Source: Synechococcus sp. | GTDB lineage: Bacteria > Cyanobacteriota > Cyanobacteriia > PCC-6307 > Cyanobiaceae | Direction: 5' to 3' | Assembly: GCA_047285805.1 (NCBI GenBank) | Contig: JBJBCN010000002.1 | Span: 960,001-1,024,000 of the forward strand | DNA length: 64,000 bases | Shown: positions 11,629 through 20,424 of the stretch, in pieces | Layout of the letters: every line of letters starts with the position of its first letter | Position numbering within the stretch: position 1 is the first letter of the stretch | Notes under the pieces: generated by a model | Told to the model about the DNA's origin: nothing | The model's database searches: none | What the model saw: the letters and a program-made list of their open reading frames with translations, nothing else | Made by a program: the position numbers and the translations under genes

Positions 11629-13248
11629 ATGGCTACAAGCAACCCTGACGCGATCGTCGTGGGGTCCGGGGCCACCGGAGGGGTGGCAGCCATGGCCCTC
11701 TCCAAAGCTGGGATGCGGGTGCTGGTGCTGGAGGCCGGCCCGGAGTTAAGCGCGAAGCGGGCCTTTGGCAGCGAGCCGATCAACAGCCTCAAACGCCTCA
11801 GGAACATCAGCAGCGGCCGGCAGCGCATCGCCGCGAATCACCCCGGCTACTGGAAAGCCAACCCGGAGCTGTTCGTCGATGAGCAGCGCAACCCCTACTC
11901 CACCCCCCGCGATCGGCCCTTCCTCTGGACCCGGGGGAGACAAGTGGGGGGCAAAAGCCTCACCTGGGGAGGCATCACCCTGCGGCTCTCCGACTACGAG
12001 TTCAAGGGGGCCAGCCGGGATGGCCATGGGCTGGATTGGCCGATCAGCCACAGCGACCTCGCCCCCTGGTACGCCCAGCTCGAGACCCTGCTGGCGGTCA
12101 AGGGCCAGCGCGACGGCCTGCCCCAACTACCCGACGGAGAGTTCCAGGCACCGATGCCCCTGACGCCGGCGGAGGAGCACCTGGGCCGCTCCATCCAGCG
12201 GGATCTGGAACTGCCCTTGATCCACTCCCGCGGCTTTGAGCTGCACCGCAACCCCCAGACCCCCTGGCCTCGCTCCTGCTCCCAGGGCGGCGCCCTAGCC
12301 ATCGCCCTGGCCACAGGACGGGTTGAGCTGCGCAGCAACAGCATCGTCAGCCATGTCTTGATCGATCACGCCAGCGGCCGCGCCGAAGGTGTCGAGGCCA
12401 TCGATCGCGCCAGCGGCGAGCACTTCTGCGCCAAAGCCCCACTGGTGGTGCTCTGCGCCAGCACCATCGAAAGCCTGCGCTTGCTGCTCCACTCCCAGCA
12501 GCAGAGCGGCCTGGAGGACGTAAGCGGCCAGCTCGGGCGGGGCCTGATGGATCACATCTCCCGCAGCTGCTTCTTCTCAATCCCCGATCAGCCGGCCCCG
12601 AGCAGCAGCGAACTCTCGGGAGCAGGCAGCTGCTTCATCCCGAACACCCTGGAATCCCGATCGTTCAAGCGGGGCTACGGGCTCTGGTGCGGCATTCAAC
12701 GCTTTGATCCACCCCAACTGCTGATGCGCGAGCGCGGAAGCGCCGTGGGCTTCCTCATCGGACATGGCGAGGTACTCAACCAGAGCCACAACCAGGTAAG
12801 CCTTGACCAGAAGCGCCCGGATGCCTGGGGCATTCCCATCGCCCACATCGATTGCCGCTGGGGAACAAATGAAGAGGCGATGGTGGCCCACATGGGCGAG
12901 CGCATGGAGGCGGTCGTCGGCTCGGCGGGGGGCCAGATCAAGCCCCTCTCGGATCTTTTTGTGATGCCTCTGATCGAGCCCCTCGTGCAGGGGAGCCTGG
13001 CCCTCTCACCGGGAGCGGCCCCTCCGGGCTACTACATCCATGAGCTCGGGGGAGCGCCAATGGCGAAGCACGATGACCAGGGCGTGCTCAACGCTTGGAA
13101 CCAGCTCTGGCGCACCCCCAACCTGCTTGTGACTGACGGCAGCTGCTGGCCGAGTGCGGGCTGGCAGAGCCCAACGCTCACAGAAATGGCCATAACCTGG
13201 AGGGCCTGTGACCACGCTGTAGCGGCGCTTAAGCGTGGGGAACTCTGA
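11629..13248 (+). CDS. GMC family oxidoreductase
   Basis: GSGATGG, VGGKSLTWGG, IHELGGAPM, SPTLTEMA. Confidence 0.92.
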   Translation: MATSNPDAIVVGSGATGGVAAMALSKAGMRVLVLEAGPELSAKRAFGSEPINSLKRLRNISSGRQRIAANHPGYWKANPELFVDEQRNPYSTPRDRPFLWTRGRQVGGKSLTWGGITLRLSDYEFKGASRDGHGLDWPISHSDLAPWYAQLETLLAVKGQRDGLPQLPDGEFQAPMPLTPAEEHLGRSIQRDLELPLIHSRGFELHRNPQTPWPRSCSQGGALAIALATGRVELRSNSIVSHVLIDHASGRAEGVEAIDRASGEHFCAKAPLVVLCASTIESLRLLLHSQQQSGLEDVSGQLGRGLMDHISRSCFFSIPDQPAPSSSELSGAGSCFIPNTLESRSFKRGYGLWCGIQRFDPPQLLMRERGSAVGFLIGHGEVLNQSHNQVSLDQKRPDAWGIPIAHIDCRWGTNEEAMVAHMGERMEAVVGSAGGQIKPLSDLFVMPLIEPLVQGSLALSPGAAPPGYYIHELGGAPMAKHDDQGVLNAWNQLWRTPNLLVTDGSCWPSAGWQSPTLTEMAITWRACDHAVAALKRGEL

Positions 13249-13256
13249 GGCGGCGC

Positions 13257-13649
13257 TCAGGAATCGGCGGCGCTGACGAAGAGCCCGTTCAGGTAGTGCT
13301 GGGTGACGGTCTGATCGCTGCAACCGTTCTGGAACAGGAACCCGGCCAAGGCCGAGGTGATCACCCGGTACTGATCCCAGTCGGGACGGTTGCTCAAGAA
13401 GGTCTTCATACCGTCAAAGAGGGCTTCAGGCACCTCTGCCTCCAGGCTGATCCGCGGAGCCCCCTGTGGCTGCTCTGGCTCTGGTTCCAGCTCTGTCACG
13501 GGCTGCTTCAGGCAACGGCTGAGGAGAGCCCGCTCGAGGTCATCACCAAACAAAGAGTGACCGGACGCCTTCCGCTCGGGCTTGCGGTGTGCACCAACGG
13601 CCTGCAGGCCTTCAACACCCTGGTGATCCAAGCGGTTGCGCTCCAACAC
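13257..13649 (-). CDS. DUF2811-like protein (start uncertain)
   Basis: ISLEAEVPEALFDGMKTFL...WDQYRVITSALAGFLFQNG. Confidence 0.75.
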   Translation of the reverse strand: MLERNRLDHQGVEGLQAVGAHRKPERKASGHSLFGDDLERALLSRCLKQPVTELEPEPEQPQGAPRISLEAEVPEALFDGMKTFLSNRPDWDQYRVITSALAGFLFQNGCSDQTVTQHYLNGLFVSAADS

Positions 13650-14013
13650 TTCAATCCTTCGACTTGACCATCAATCCACACAGCGACAGCCCCCGTCAAA
13701 GCGTGTTGCAACGGCGACAACGACACTCGAGACACACTGAGACTTCAGTCACACCAAAGGGTCTTGCGCTGATTCCCAGACCGCTCAACCCGTCGACTAA
13801 TCAGGCCCAGAGAGCTGTCAAGCGCTCAGTGAACGAAACCACGCATTCCCCAGGATTCGGCCTGCCGCAAGTAAGCAGGTCGCGCAAGCTGTGGAAAACG
13901 CATTTTTTCCCTGGGGAAAAGCCCAGATGCCTGGGGAAAGCAAAAGACGATAAGCAGGGCTTATGCAGACCAGTCTCGTGGGACGCGCTTGGATTCGAGA
14001 CGGCTGAGCGGGC

Positions 14014-15132
14014 TTAATCCGAGGGGTTTTCTTCCGATTTCGGACGCGGCTTGTAAAGGGTCTTCGGACCCAGGGGGTGCTGGGCGTGCGGATAGGGAGT
14101 GTGATCGTGCCCGTGGTCGTGGTCGTGGTCGTGATGGTGGTGATGCCCCAGGGGGATGGGAATGCCGTCGGGTTGGCAGGCACCGGTGCACTCAAGCTCA
14201 CAGAGGGTGCAGCCCTCGATCAGCCCCTCGACGTGGTGGTGATGGCTCTGCTGCGGGGCGCCCACCTCGGTCTCAAAGCCGAGCACCTGGGCGCGGTACT
14301 TGCAGAGCGAGCAGTTCATCTGGGTCTCGCCGCGCACGACCTCCTCGACCCGTTCTTTAAAGGTGTCGATCACCAAGGGGTGATCACCTAAATAGGAGGC
14401 ATCAACGAACTCCACCTCGGGGTGGTCGGCCGCCACCAGCTGGGTGTGCTGGCGGATACGGCTCACCAGCACTCCAGAGAAGAGGAAATAAGGGAAGACG
14501 ATGACCCGCTTAAAGCCCAGGCGCACCACATGGCGCAGGCCGGGCTCCACCAGGGGGAAGGTGACCCCCGAATAGACGGTCTCGCCCCAGCCAAAGCCAA
14601 AGCCCTCGACCAGCATCCGCGTCACCTTGGAGACGTTGGAGTTGGCGTCGGGGTCCGATGAACCGCGGCCGACAACCACCAGCAGAGTCTCTACCAGGGG
14701 CACCTCGGCTTGGGCGTTGACCCCATCAAGGGCTTCGCGGATCCGAGCGCCGGCGGCCTGGATCATCTTGAGATCCACTCCCAGCTCTCGGCCGTAATCA
14801 ATGCGCAGCCCAGTCTCAGCCGCGTAGCTATTGAGAACAGAGGGAATGTCGTTCTTCGCGTGGCCCGCGGCAAACAACATCCCGGGCACGGCCAGGACAC
14901 ATTTGACTCCTTGGGCGCGCAAGCTGTCGAGCCCGTCGCGCAAGATCGGGCGGGCAAATTCCAAGTAGCCGTATTCGACAGGAACGTCCGGCAGCTGGCG
15001 GCGCAGCCCCCCGGCCAATTGGGCGAATTCGGTGACGGCCTGTTTGTTGCGGCTGCCGTGGCCGCAGATCATGACCCCGATGGGACCGCCGTCGACCGCC
15101 TGAAGATCCAGTTGCTGCGAGGGGTCTGTCAT
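14014..15132 (-). CDS. cbiX: Sirohydrochlorin cobaltochelatase (long CbiX)
   Basis: CGHGSR, GHAKNDIP, VGRGSSDPDAN, MNCSLCKYR Fe-S motif, His-rich tail. Confidence 0.93.
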   Translation of the reverse strand: MTDPSQQLDLQAVDGGPIGVMICGHGSRNKQAVTEFAQLAGGLRRQLPDVPVEYGYLEFARPILRDGLDSLRAQGVKCVLAVPGMLFAAGHAKNDIPSVLNSYAAETGLRIDYGRELGVDLKMIQAAGARIREALDGVNAQAEVPLVETLLVVVGRGSSDPDANSNVSKVTRMLVEGFGFGWGETVYSGVTFPLVEPGLRHVVRLGFKRVIVFPYFLFSGVLVSRIRQHTQLVAADHPEVEFVDASYLGDHPLVIDTFKERVEEVVRGETQMNCSLCKYRAQVLGFETEVGAPQQSHHHHVEGLIEGCTLCELECTGACQPDGIPIPLGHHHHHDHDHDHGHDHTPYPHAQHPLGPKTLYKPRPKSEENPSD

Positions 15133-15193
15133 GGGAAGGTCTGCCTGCCTTGACCCTATCGGCCTAGGGTGAACCAAAGTCAAGCGTCAAAGC

Positions 15194-15868
15194 GTGCAGA
15201 CGAGCGAGAACCACCGGTCCAGCGAGCTAAAGGAACTGGGCTGGAGCCCCGAAGACTGCCGTAAATACGAAGAGCTCTGGGAATACCGCCACCGTTGGGG
15301 CGCCATCAACCTCGAGCGCGAGGACCGGATCTTCCTGCGCAAGGCCGAAGCCGCCCTGCCGAAGATCGTCACCGGCAAGGCCGAGAAGAAGAAGCTTCAG
15401 GACAAGTCCTATTACCGCTGGCTCACCTTCTACCGCGATGCGATGGCGAGCAGCGACAGCGACGCGGGCCTTGGTGACTCCGAGCTGGCCGCCTGGCCGA
15501 TCCTGCTACAGGAGGAGCTGCGGGCCATCGATTACTACCAGCCGGTCCTAGGACTGCCCGACACACTGAAGGCCAAGGAATTGATCGCGGTTCGCGAGCA
15601 GCTCGCCAGCAAGGCGGCCACCGCTGGGCGCGTCGCCCAGTTCGGATTCGTAGATGTCCTCGAAGAGCTCAAGCGCAACGAGAAGACCAATTGGAAACCC
15701 CTGCGCGGTGACGGCAACAGCGAGACCAGCTACCCGGTGCTGCCCGTCGATGCCGCAGGCGCCTTCCGCCAAGAAGCCCGCGCAACCCTGACGGCAGCCA
15801 TCCGCGAGTTATTCCCGTCGCTTAAGGACAGCGACAAGGAGCCCCCGGCTGCCGACTGGCAGCCCTGA
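15194..15868 (+). CDS. Conserved hypothetical protein
   Basis: 224-aa ORF with host-like codon usage, followed by a terminator. Confidence 0.75.
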   Translation: MQTSENHRSSELKELGWSPEDCRKYEELWEYRHRWGAINLEREDRIFLRKAEAALPKIVTGKAEKKKLQDKSYYRWLTFYRDAMASSDSDAGLGDSELAAWPILLQEELRAIDYYQPVLGLPDTLKAKELIAVREQLASKAATAGRVAQFGFVDVLEELKRNEKTNWKPLRGDGNSETSYPVLPVDAAGAFRQEARATLTAAIRELFPSLKDSDKEPPAADWQP

Positions 15869-15885
15869 GCGAGTAGTCCAGAAAG

Positions 15886-15922
15886 CAAAAAGCCCCTGGC
15901 GCTGAGCGCCGGGGGCTGTGTT
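15886..15922. terminator. Probable bidirectional terminator
   Basis: AAAAAGCCCCTGGCGC-TGA-GCGCCGGGGGCT hairpin between convergent genes. Confidence 0.7.
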
Positions 15923-15941
15923 GAGCTGATGGCCGCGGCGA

Positions 15942-16085
15942 TCAGCCGAGGCCAATCTGGGTCAGGATGCCCTGGCCGGTTAGCAGTTCGGTAGCCAGGC
16001 CGATCACGAAACCCATCATGGCCAGGCGGCCATTCCAGGTCTCAGCGAAGTTGACGAAGCCGAAACGGGTGTTGGAGTCAGCCAT
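15942..16085 (-). CDS. hli: High-light-inducible protein, 47 aa
   Basis: Hand translation MADSNTRFGFVNFAETWNGRLAMMGFVIGLATELLTGQGILTQIGLG; ExxNGRxAMxG chlorophyll-binding motif. Confidence 0.95.
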   Translation of the reverse strand: MADSNTRFGFVNFAETWNGRLAMMGFVIGLATELLTGQGILTQIGLG

Positions 16086-16113
16086 TGGAGTCGCTGTTAC
16101 GAAACGTGTAGAC

Positions 16114-16131
16114 AGTGTAAAGCCTTGTAAC
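16114..16131 (-). promoter_or_regulatory. HLR1-like (RpaB) direct repeat upstream of hli
   Basis: Minus strand GTTACAAG-gc-TTTACACT versus consensus (G/T)TTACA(T/A)(T/A)-N2 repeat. Confidence 0.7.
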
Positions 16132-16185
16132 GCGATTTGGGGTGTGTTGGCGGTGACGGTTTCCCATGCTTGGCAATCGGCCTGC

Positions 16186-18399
16186 TCAATACCTATTTTT
16201 GCGCAGCTTCACCCCTTCCACCCAGTGGCGATAAACCGTCTGTCGGGTGCCATCCATGTCCTGGAACCGCAGCCAGGAATTCCAGACGCTTGCTAAGGCT
16301 GTGCTGTCCCAAGGCAGCTGCCGCGCCGCCGGAAGGTTCTTGAGCGGTTGGGGCACCAGCAGGGTGAGGTTGGGTTGAAGCACATTCCAGGAGGCCCCCT
16401 GCTGCGCGGTGACCAAAACCGCATCGAGCCGCCCCGCCTGCAACACCTTCAGCAGTCCATCGGTGTCCTGGTCGCTGAAGAATGTCGCCTGGGGCAACCA
16501 ACTTCTGACCAGCCGCAACAGGAAGGGTGCGTCAAAGCCCAGGCCAACCCGCAGGCCCTTGACCTCTACGAGTTCGCTCCACTCGCGTTTGCTGCTCAGG
16601 GCTGGACCACGAATCAGCAGGGCCACGCCGTAGGTCAGATGCGAATTGGTGTAACGGGTGCGAGCCGCCTGCATCGGCGCCATGACATCACTGGAAAGCT
16701 TCATGTCGCAGTAGCCCCGCTCCAGGGCCTCGACGCCATCGGGACGGGGGTCATTCTCTTTGCCGATGCGATTGATCAACACGAAGCTCGGCTTGAGGTC
16801 CATCTGCTTGGCAAAGAGCAGTCCGATCTCAACATCGGCTCCCACCAAAGCGCCATCGGCATTGCGATAGGCCATCGGATAGTCCTGCTCATGGACGCAG
16901 TAGCGGATCGCGTTGGCCTGGCGAATCGCCCGCCAACTGCCGGGCTGATTCACCGCTCTCCAGCCCTGCACTACCGGCGCAGGGCCCTTGGCCAGGGCGA
17001 AGTCCTGGTGCATCAGCTGATTGCGGTCGCTGTTGCCAGGTTTGGGCAGCAGCTGGAAACCGGTTCGGCTCAAGAGCACAAAGCAAGGAAAGACCGCCAG
17101 GGCGGTGGCCGCAGGCAACAGACCCGCAAAGCGCTTGGGGAAGCCCTCGAGCGACACCCACGTGCCGATGATCACCAAGGCGATCACGCTCATGCAGGCG
17201 AGCAGGGTGCCGAGGCGGGCCACCGCCACTTGGTCAATGGCGATGTAGAGCTGCACCAAATCGCTGGGTAGCCCCATGCGATCGAGCAGAAAGGTCATCG
17301 CCAAGATCCCCTCGAGAAAGGAGCTGGCCAGACCCGTGATCAAAAAGCCCGGCATCTCCTGCAGGCTGATGGCGTTGCCGGTCAGCCAGCCCGCGAAGGG
17401 CACAAAGGCCAGCGACAGCAACCGGCCCATGTCCGGGAAGACCAGGGCGAGCGGCGCGAGCACCTCCACGGGCAGATCCACCTGATCCTTGAGCTCCTGC
17501 TCACTCACCCCAGGAGCAACGTGGGCCGCGCGGGCTTCGTAGAGGATCTTTTTGGAGAGCTCCACCAACAGGGGCAGCACCACGAGCATGTTCGCGGTTG
17601 CAAAGGCAATCGTGAGCGGGTTGCGGAAGCTGCGGAACAGTTGACGCACGGGGATGGGTGTCACCCCAGCGATCACCAAGGGCAAGAACAGGCCCGCCAG
17701 CAAGAGAGCAATCCCCCCCTGGAGCACGACGTAGACTGCCAACCGCGGCAGCTGGGAACCCTCCATCGAGGCTGTTGCCGTGGCGAGGATCGCGAAGACC
17801 CCCAAGGGAGTGAAACGGGCCACAAAGGCGGAGATGCCGAGCAGGGCTTCGGCGATCCGATCAAAGACGTCGATCAACGGTTGACGTCTCGGGACCGCAA
17901 TCAGGGCAATCCCGAGGGCCAAGGAAAACAGCACGACCGCCGGGATCTGGGTCTCGGCGAAGGCCGCAAAGGGGTTCACCGGAATGAAGAGTTCGGTGAG
18001 ATCCAGGGGCTTCGGGGCCTGGAGCAGGCTGGGCTTGAAGAACGAGGCGTCATGCCAGCTGGGGAAACCCAAAGGAACCAGCAGCACCGCCAGCAGCACC
18101 ACCAACCAAAAACAAAGCAGCACTTGGGCCGAGCGCCCCAGCAGACGACTGGCCTGTCCGAGCTGCAGTCGCCCCACACCAGCGATCAAGGAGATGCTCA
18201 AAAAGGGCAAGACCGGCATCTGGAAGAGCCGAATGAAGCCGTTGCCTAAATCGCTCAACGGCGCCAAAACCATGGCGGGCAGCAGCAGGCCCGCCAGGAT
18301 TCCGGCAGCCAGGCCTTCGAGGATCTGAACGGCCAGGTTCTGCCGCAGAAACAAGCGCAACGGAGCGAGCCAGGCGGTCCGTCGATTTATCTCCACCAA
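16186..18399 (-). CDS. Dicarboxylate/amino acid:cation symporter fused to a C-terminal family-3 solute-binding domain
   Basis: N-terminal about 430 aa multi-TM (FIRLFQMPVLP, FIPVNPF, AFATAN); C-terminal YPMAYRNADGALVGADVEI...GRLDA. Confidence 0.8.
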   Translation of the reverse strand: MVEINRRTAWLAPLRLFLRQNLAVQILEGLAAGILAGLLLPAMVLAPLSDLGNGFIRLFQMPVLPFLSISLIAGVGRLQLGQASRLLGRSAQVLLCFWLVVLLAVLLVPLGFPSWHDASFFKPSLLQAPKPLDLTELFIPVNPFAAFAETQIPAVVLFSLALGIALIAVPRRQPLIDVFDRIAEALLGISAFVARFTPLGVFAILATATASMEGSQLPRLAVYVVLQGGIALLLAGLFLPLVIAGVTPIPVRQLFRSFRNPLTIAFATANMLVVLPLLVELSKKILYEARAAHVAPGVSEQELKDQVDLPVEVLAPLALVFPDMGRLLSLAFVPFAGWLTGNAISLQEMPGFLITGLASSFLEGILAMTFLLDRMGLPSDLVQLYIAIDQVAVARLGTLLACMSVIALVIIGTWVSLEGFPKRFAGLLPAATALAVFPCFVLLSRTGFQLLPKPGNSDRNQLMHQDFALAKGPAPVVQGWRAVNQPGSWRAIRQANAIRYCVHEQDYPMAYRNADGALVGADVEIGLLFAKQMDLKPSFVLINRIGKENDPRPDGVEALERGYCDMKLSSDVMAPMQAARTRYTNSHLTYGVALLIRGPALSSKREWSELVEVKGLRVGLGFDAPFLLRLVRSWLPQATFFSDQDTDGLLKVLQAGRLDAVLVTAQQGASWNVLQPNLTLLVPQPLKNLPAARQLPWDSTALASVWNSWLRFQDMDGTRQTVYRHWVEGVKLRKNRY

Positions 18400-19044
18400 A
18401 AACCCAAGCCGTGCCCTGTTTGCAGGATGCGCAGGGTCGTGGCGATCGCCAACCTCTTCGTTATGGAGGCGGCTTGGACTGACTACCCAAGGCCAACACC
18501 GGAAGCACTCTCAGCCCATGGTTGACCGTCGCTTCGATGCGGCCATTAGGCCTTTTGCAGGGCTCGAGGGGAATCGACCGATGCAACTGCTCCCAGTCAG
18601 GGACGTGCAATTGAAAAGGTCAAAGGGCAGTGCAAAGCCCTGAAAGCTCAAGATCCCAGCGAAGATCCAAACGACTAAATGGCGAGAGTCAATCGGTGCT
18701 CCGTGACTGAACACCGGAGGCTTCCGGGTCTAGAGGTCAGCCAGCACCAAACCCATAGCCGCCAAGCCAAAAACAAACAAGGACATAAGGCGGATAAATG
18801 CCATAGCTTCCGTCTACTGCTGAATCAGCAGCCTCTTCGATCCGCGTCAATGGCGCATCGGTACTTCGGCTTATCGCGCTTTAAAGCAGACCAGGGTCAT
18901 GACGGACGGGTGCATTTGCACGCGCAGGGAGAAAAAAGCCTGACTGGTGACCAGCTTTGTTCACGGGCCATCCCCAGAGGGTGGCAATCACATCTCCGCA
19001 CACCGCCACTTAGCAGAGTCCGGCTTCAACGCGATAATTGAATG

Positions 19045-19139
19045 GTGTGAGGAGTGAGGAACTGCATTCGGAGTCGAAACAAGGACAGACGCCCGTATGG
19101 TTCCTGACCCATAGCCCCGTCTTCCGACGGGGCTTTTTT
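19045..19139 (+). ncRNA. Yfr2-family-like small RNA
   Basis: Starts GTGTGAGGAGTGA 6 nt after a GATAAT -10 box, contains CGAAACAAGG, ends in hairpin GCCCCGTC-TTCC-GACGGGGC plus U6. Confidence 0.65.
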
Positions 19140-19140
19140 C

Positions 19141-19386
19141 TTACGTCTCTGCGTAGACACCCCAGGCCGGTCCGCTCTTGAACCAGCCCTGGGCCATTAG
19201 CCCTTCCCAGAGCACACGGGCATCGGCGCGGCGCAGGTGATAGCGCTCCTTGAGCAGCGGCAGATGGTCTGGCATGGCCTTGCCCGTGTCCACAAACACC
19301 CAGGTCTCGCGCCCCCAGGTTCGCTGGTCCTTGTGGAACCGCACCCGCCAACCGGCCCTGGGATCCCTGAGCCGGACCTCCTCCAT
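19141..19386 (-). CDS. DUF1651-like protein
   Basis: VFVDTGKAMP...PLLKER...ARVLWEGLMAQGW...PAWG. Confidence 0.7.
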   Translation of the reverse strand: MEEVRLRDPRAGWRVRFHKDQRTWGRETWVFVDTGKAMPDHLPLLKERYHLRRADARVLWEGLMAQGWFKSGPAWGVYAET

Positions 19387-19402
19387 TACCGCACCGCATA
19401 TG

Positions 19403-19418
19403 CGATACAGGCGTACTA
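19403..19418. promoter_or_regulatory. Putative LexA box upstream of the DUF1651-like gene
   Basis: Minus strand TAGTACGCCTGTATCG resembles cyanobacterial AGTAC-N4-GTACT. Confidence 0.5.
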
Positions 19419-19429
19419 GGTCGACTGGT

Positions 19430-19590
19430 ATTTAACAAGATACCCTCCATCAGTTGAGCGAGGCGTTGCCGCAGCCGGTGCAGAAGGGAGGGCGTCTTCA
19501 CCGCTTGGCCACCAAGGCAGGTCAAGCAGAGCACCTGGCCTTTGAGCGGCGGTAGCGCTGGGTGGAACGCTCGATAAAGGTTCGACAGTG
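19430..19590 (-). pseudogene. Frameshifted paralog of the small zinc-finger gene at 27127-27378
   Basis: CRTFIERSTQRYRR/(1-nt deletion)/KGQVLCLTCL versus CGTFIERSTQHYRRVKGVVLCSTCL. Confidence 0.7.
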
Positions 19591-19707
19591 AAGAGGGAGC
19601 AGTCCCGTCAAGATCCCAGGAGTCCTCTCCAGTCAGTGAGGTGTCAGCATCTTCGGAAAAGGTGCGGCAGAAGCATTTAGACCCATCAAGAGGTCGTTCT
19701 GCGCCCA

Positions 19708-20190
19708 GTGGCAAACACCTGGGAAACCAGATTCCGCCGCCGTGTAAAGGACCAATTCGGAGGCGGTTGGAGCCCGCAGGGCAAGGACAAGAGGACTACC
19801 AAGGTCCACCACCACCCGCTGGAGCGACGTCACGCGCGGAGCAACCACCGTAGGTATCCGTTGGGAACGATCCCAATGGCACCAGCTGTTGGCTTTGGTG
19901 GAGCGATTAGCCAAGTTGACCGCTCCAGTCCCAACCGATGGTCAGCGCATATCAGTTTCAAAGGCGGCCGATGTCATCCAAATAGAGGTGAGCGGCAGCA
20001 GTGTCAAAGCCGTGCGTAGCGACAGCAGTCACTGATCCGCAGTGGCTGAGCGGTACAGACGCCACGGGGCTGTAGTCACGGGCAAGGTCTCGGCCGCTGG
20101 GTTGCAGCGGCAGCAGCGGCGGTGGGTAGCTGAGTTCAGCAAAATCCTGGGGAGACGGCTCGACGCAACCAAGCGAAACAATGAGTACTG
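19708..20190 (+). pseudogene. Degraded N-terminal fragment of a picocyanobacterial phage-integrase-type gene
   Basis: WETRFRRRVKDQFGGGWS / frameshift near 19810 / TRWSDVTRGATTVGIRW...LLALVERLAKL / TGA at 20033 / VAERYRRH...TGKV; resembles N-termini of Synechococcus island integrases from memory; no catalytic domain present. Confidence 0.5.
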
Positions 20191-20424
20191 CAATAAAGTG
20201 CAATTTGACTCAGGATTAGCACCGTCACCAATTACGCCGACTCCTTGAAACATGGCTTCAGGAATGCGAGCATTTTCCGATAGACATTCCAGGCACTTTC
20301 CGGATAAAAGAATAAAAACGATACAAATAGCTAGAAGTTATTTATGAGTTTTGCAAGTTTTGTGTCGACTACTACAACCAGACGGGGCCTGCTCCTTTAG
20401 GGATTGCATCGGTCATTATTAATC

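Noticed and set aside
14100..14245. GTGGTC tandem repeat
   Set aside because: Encodes the known His-rich tail of long CbiX
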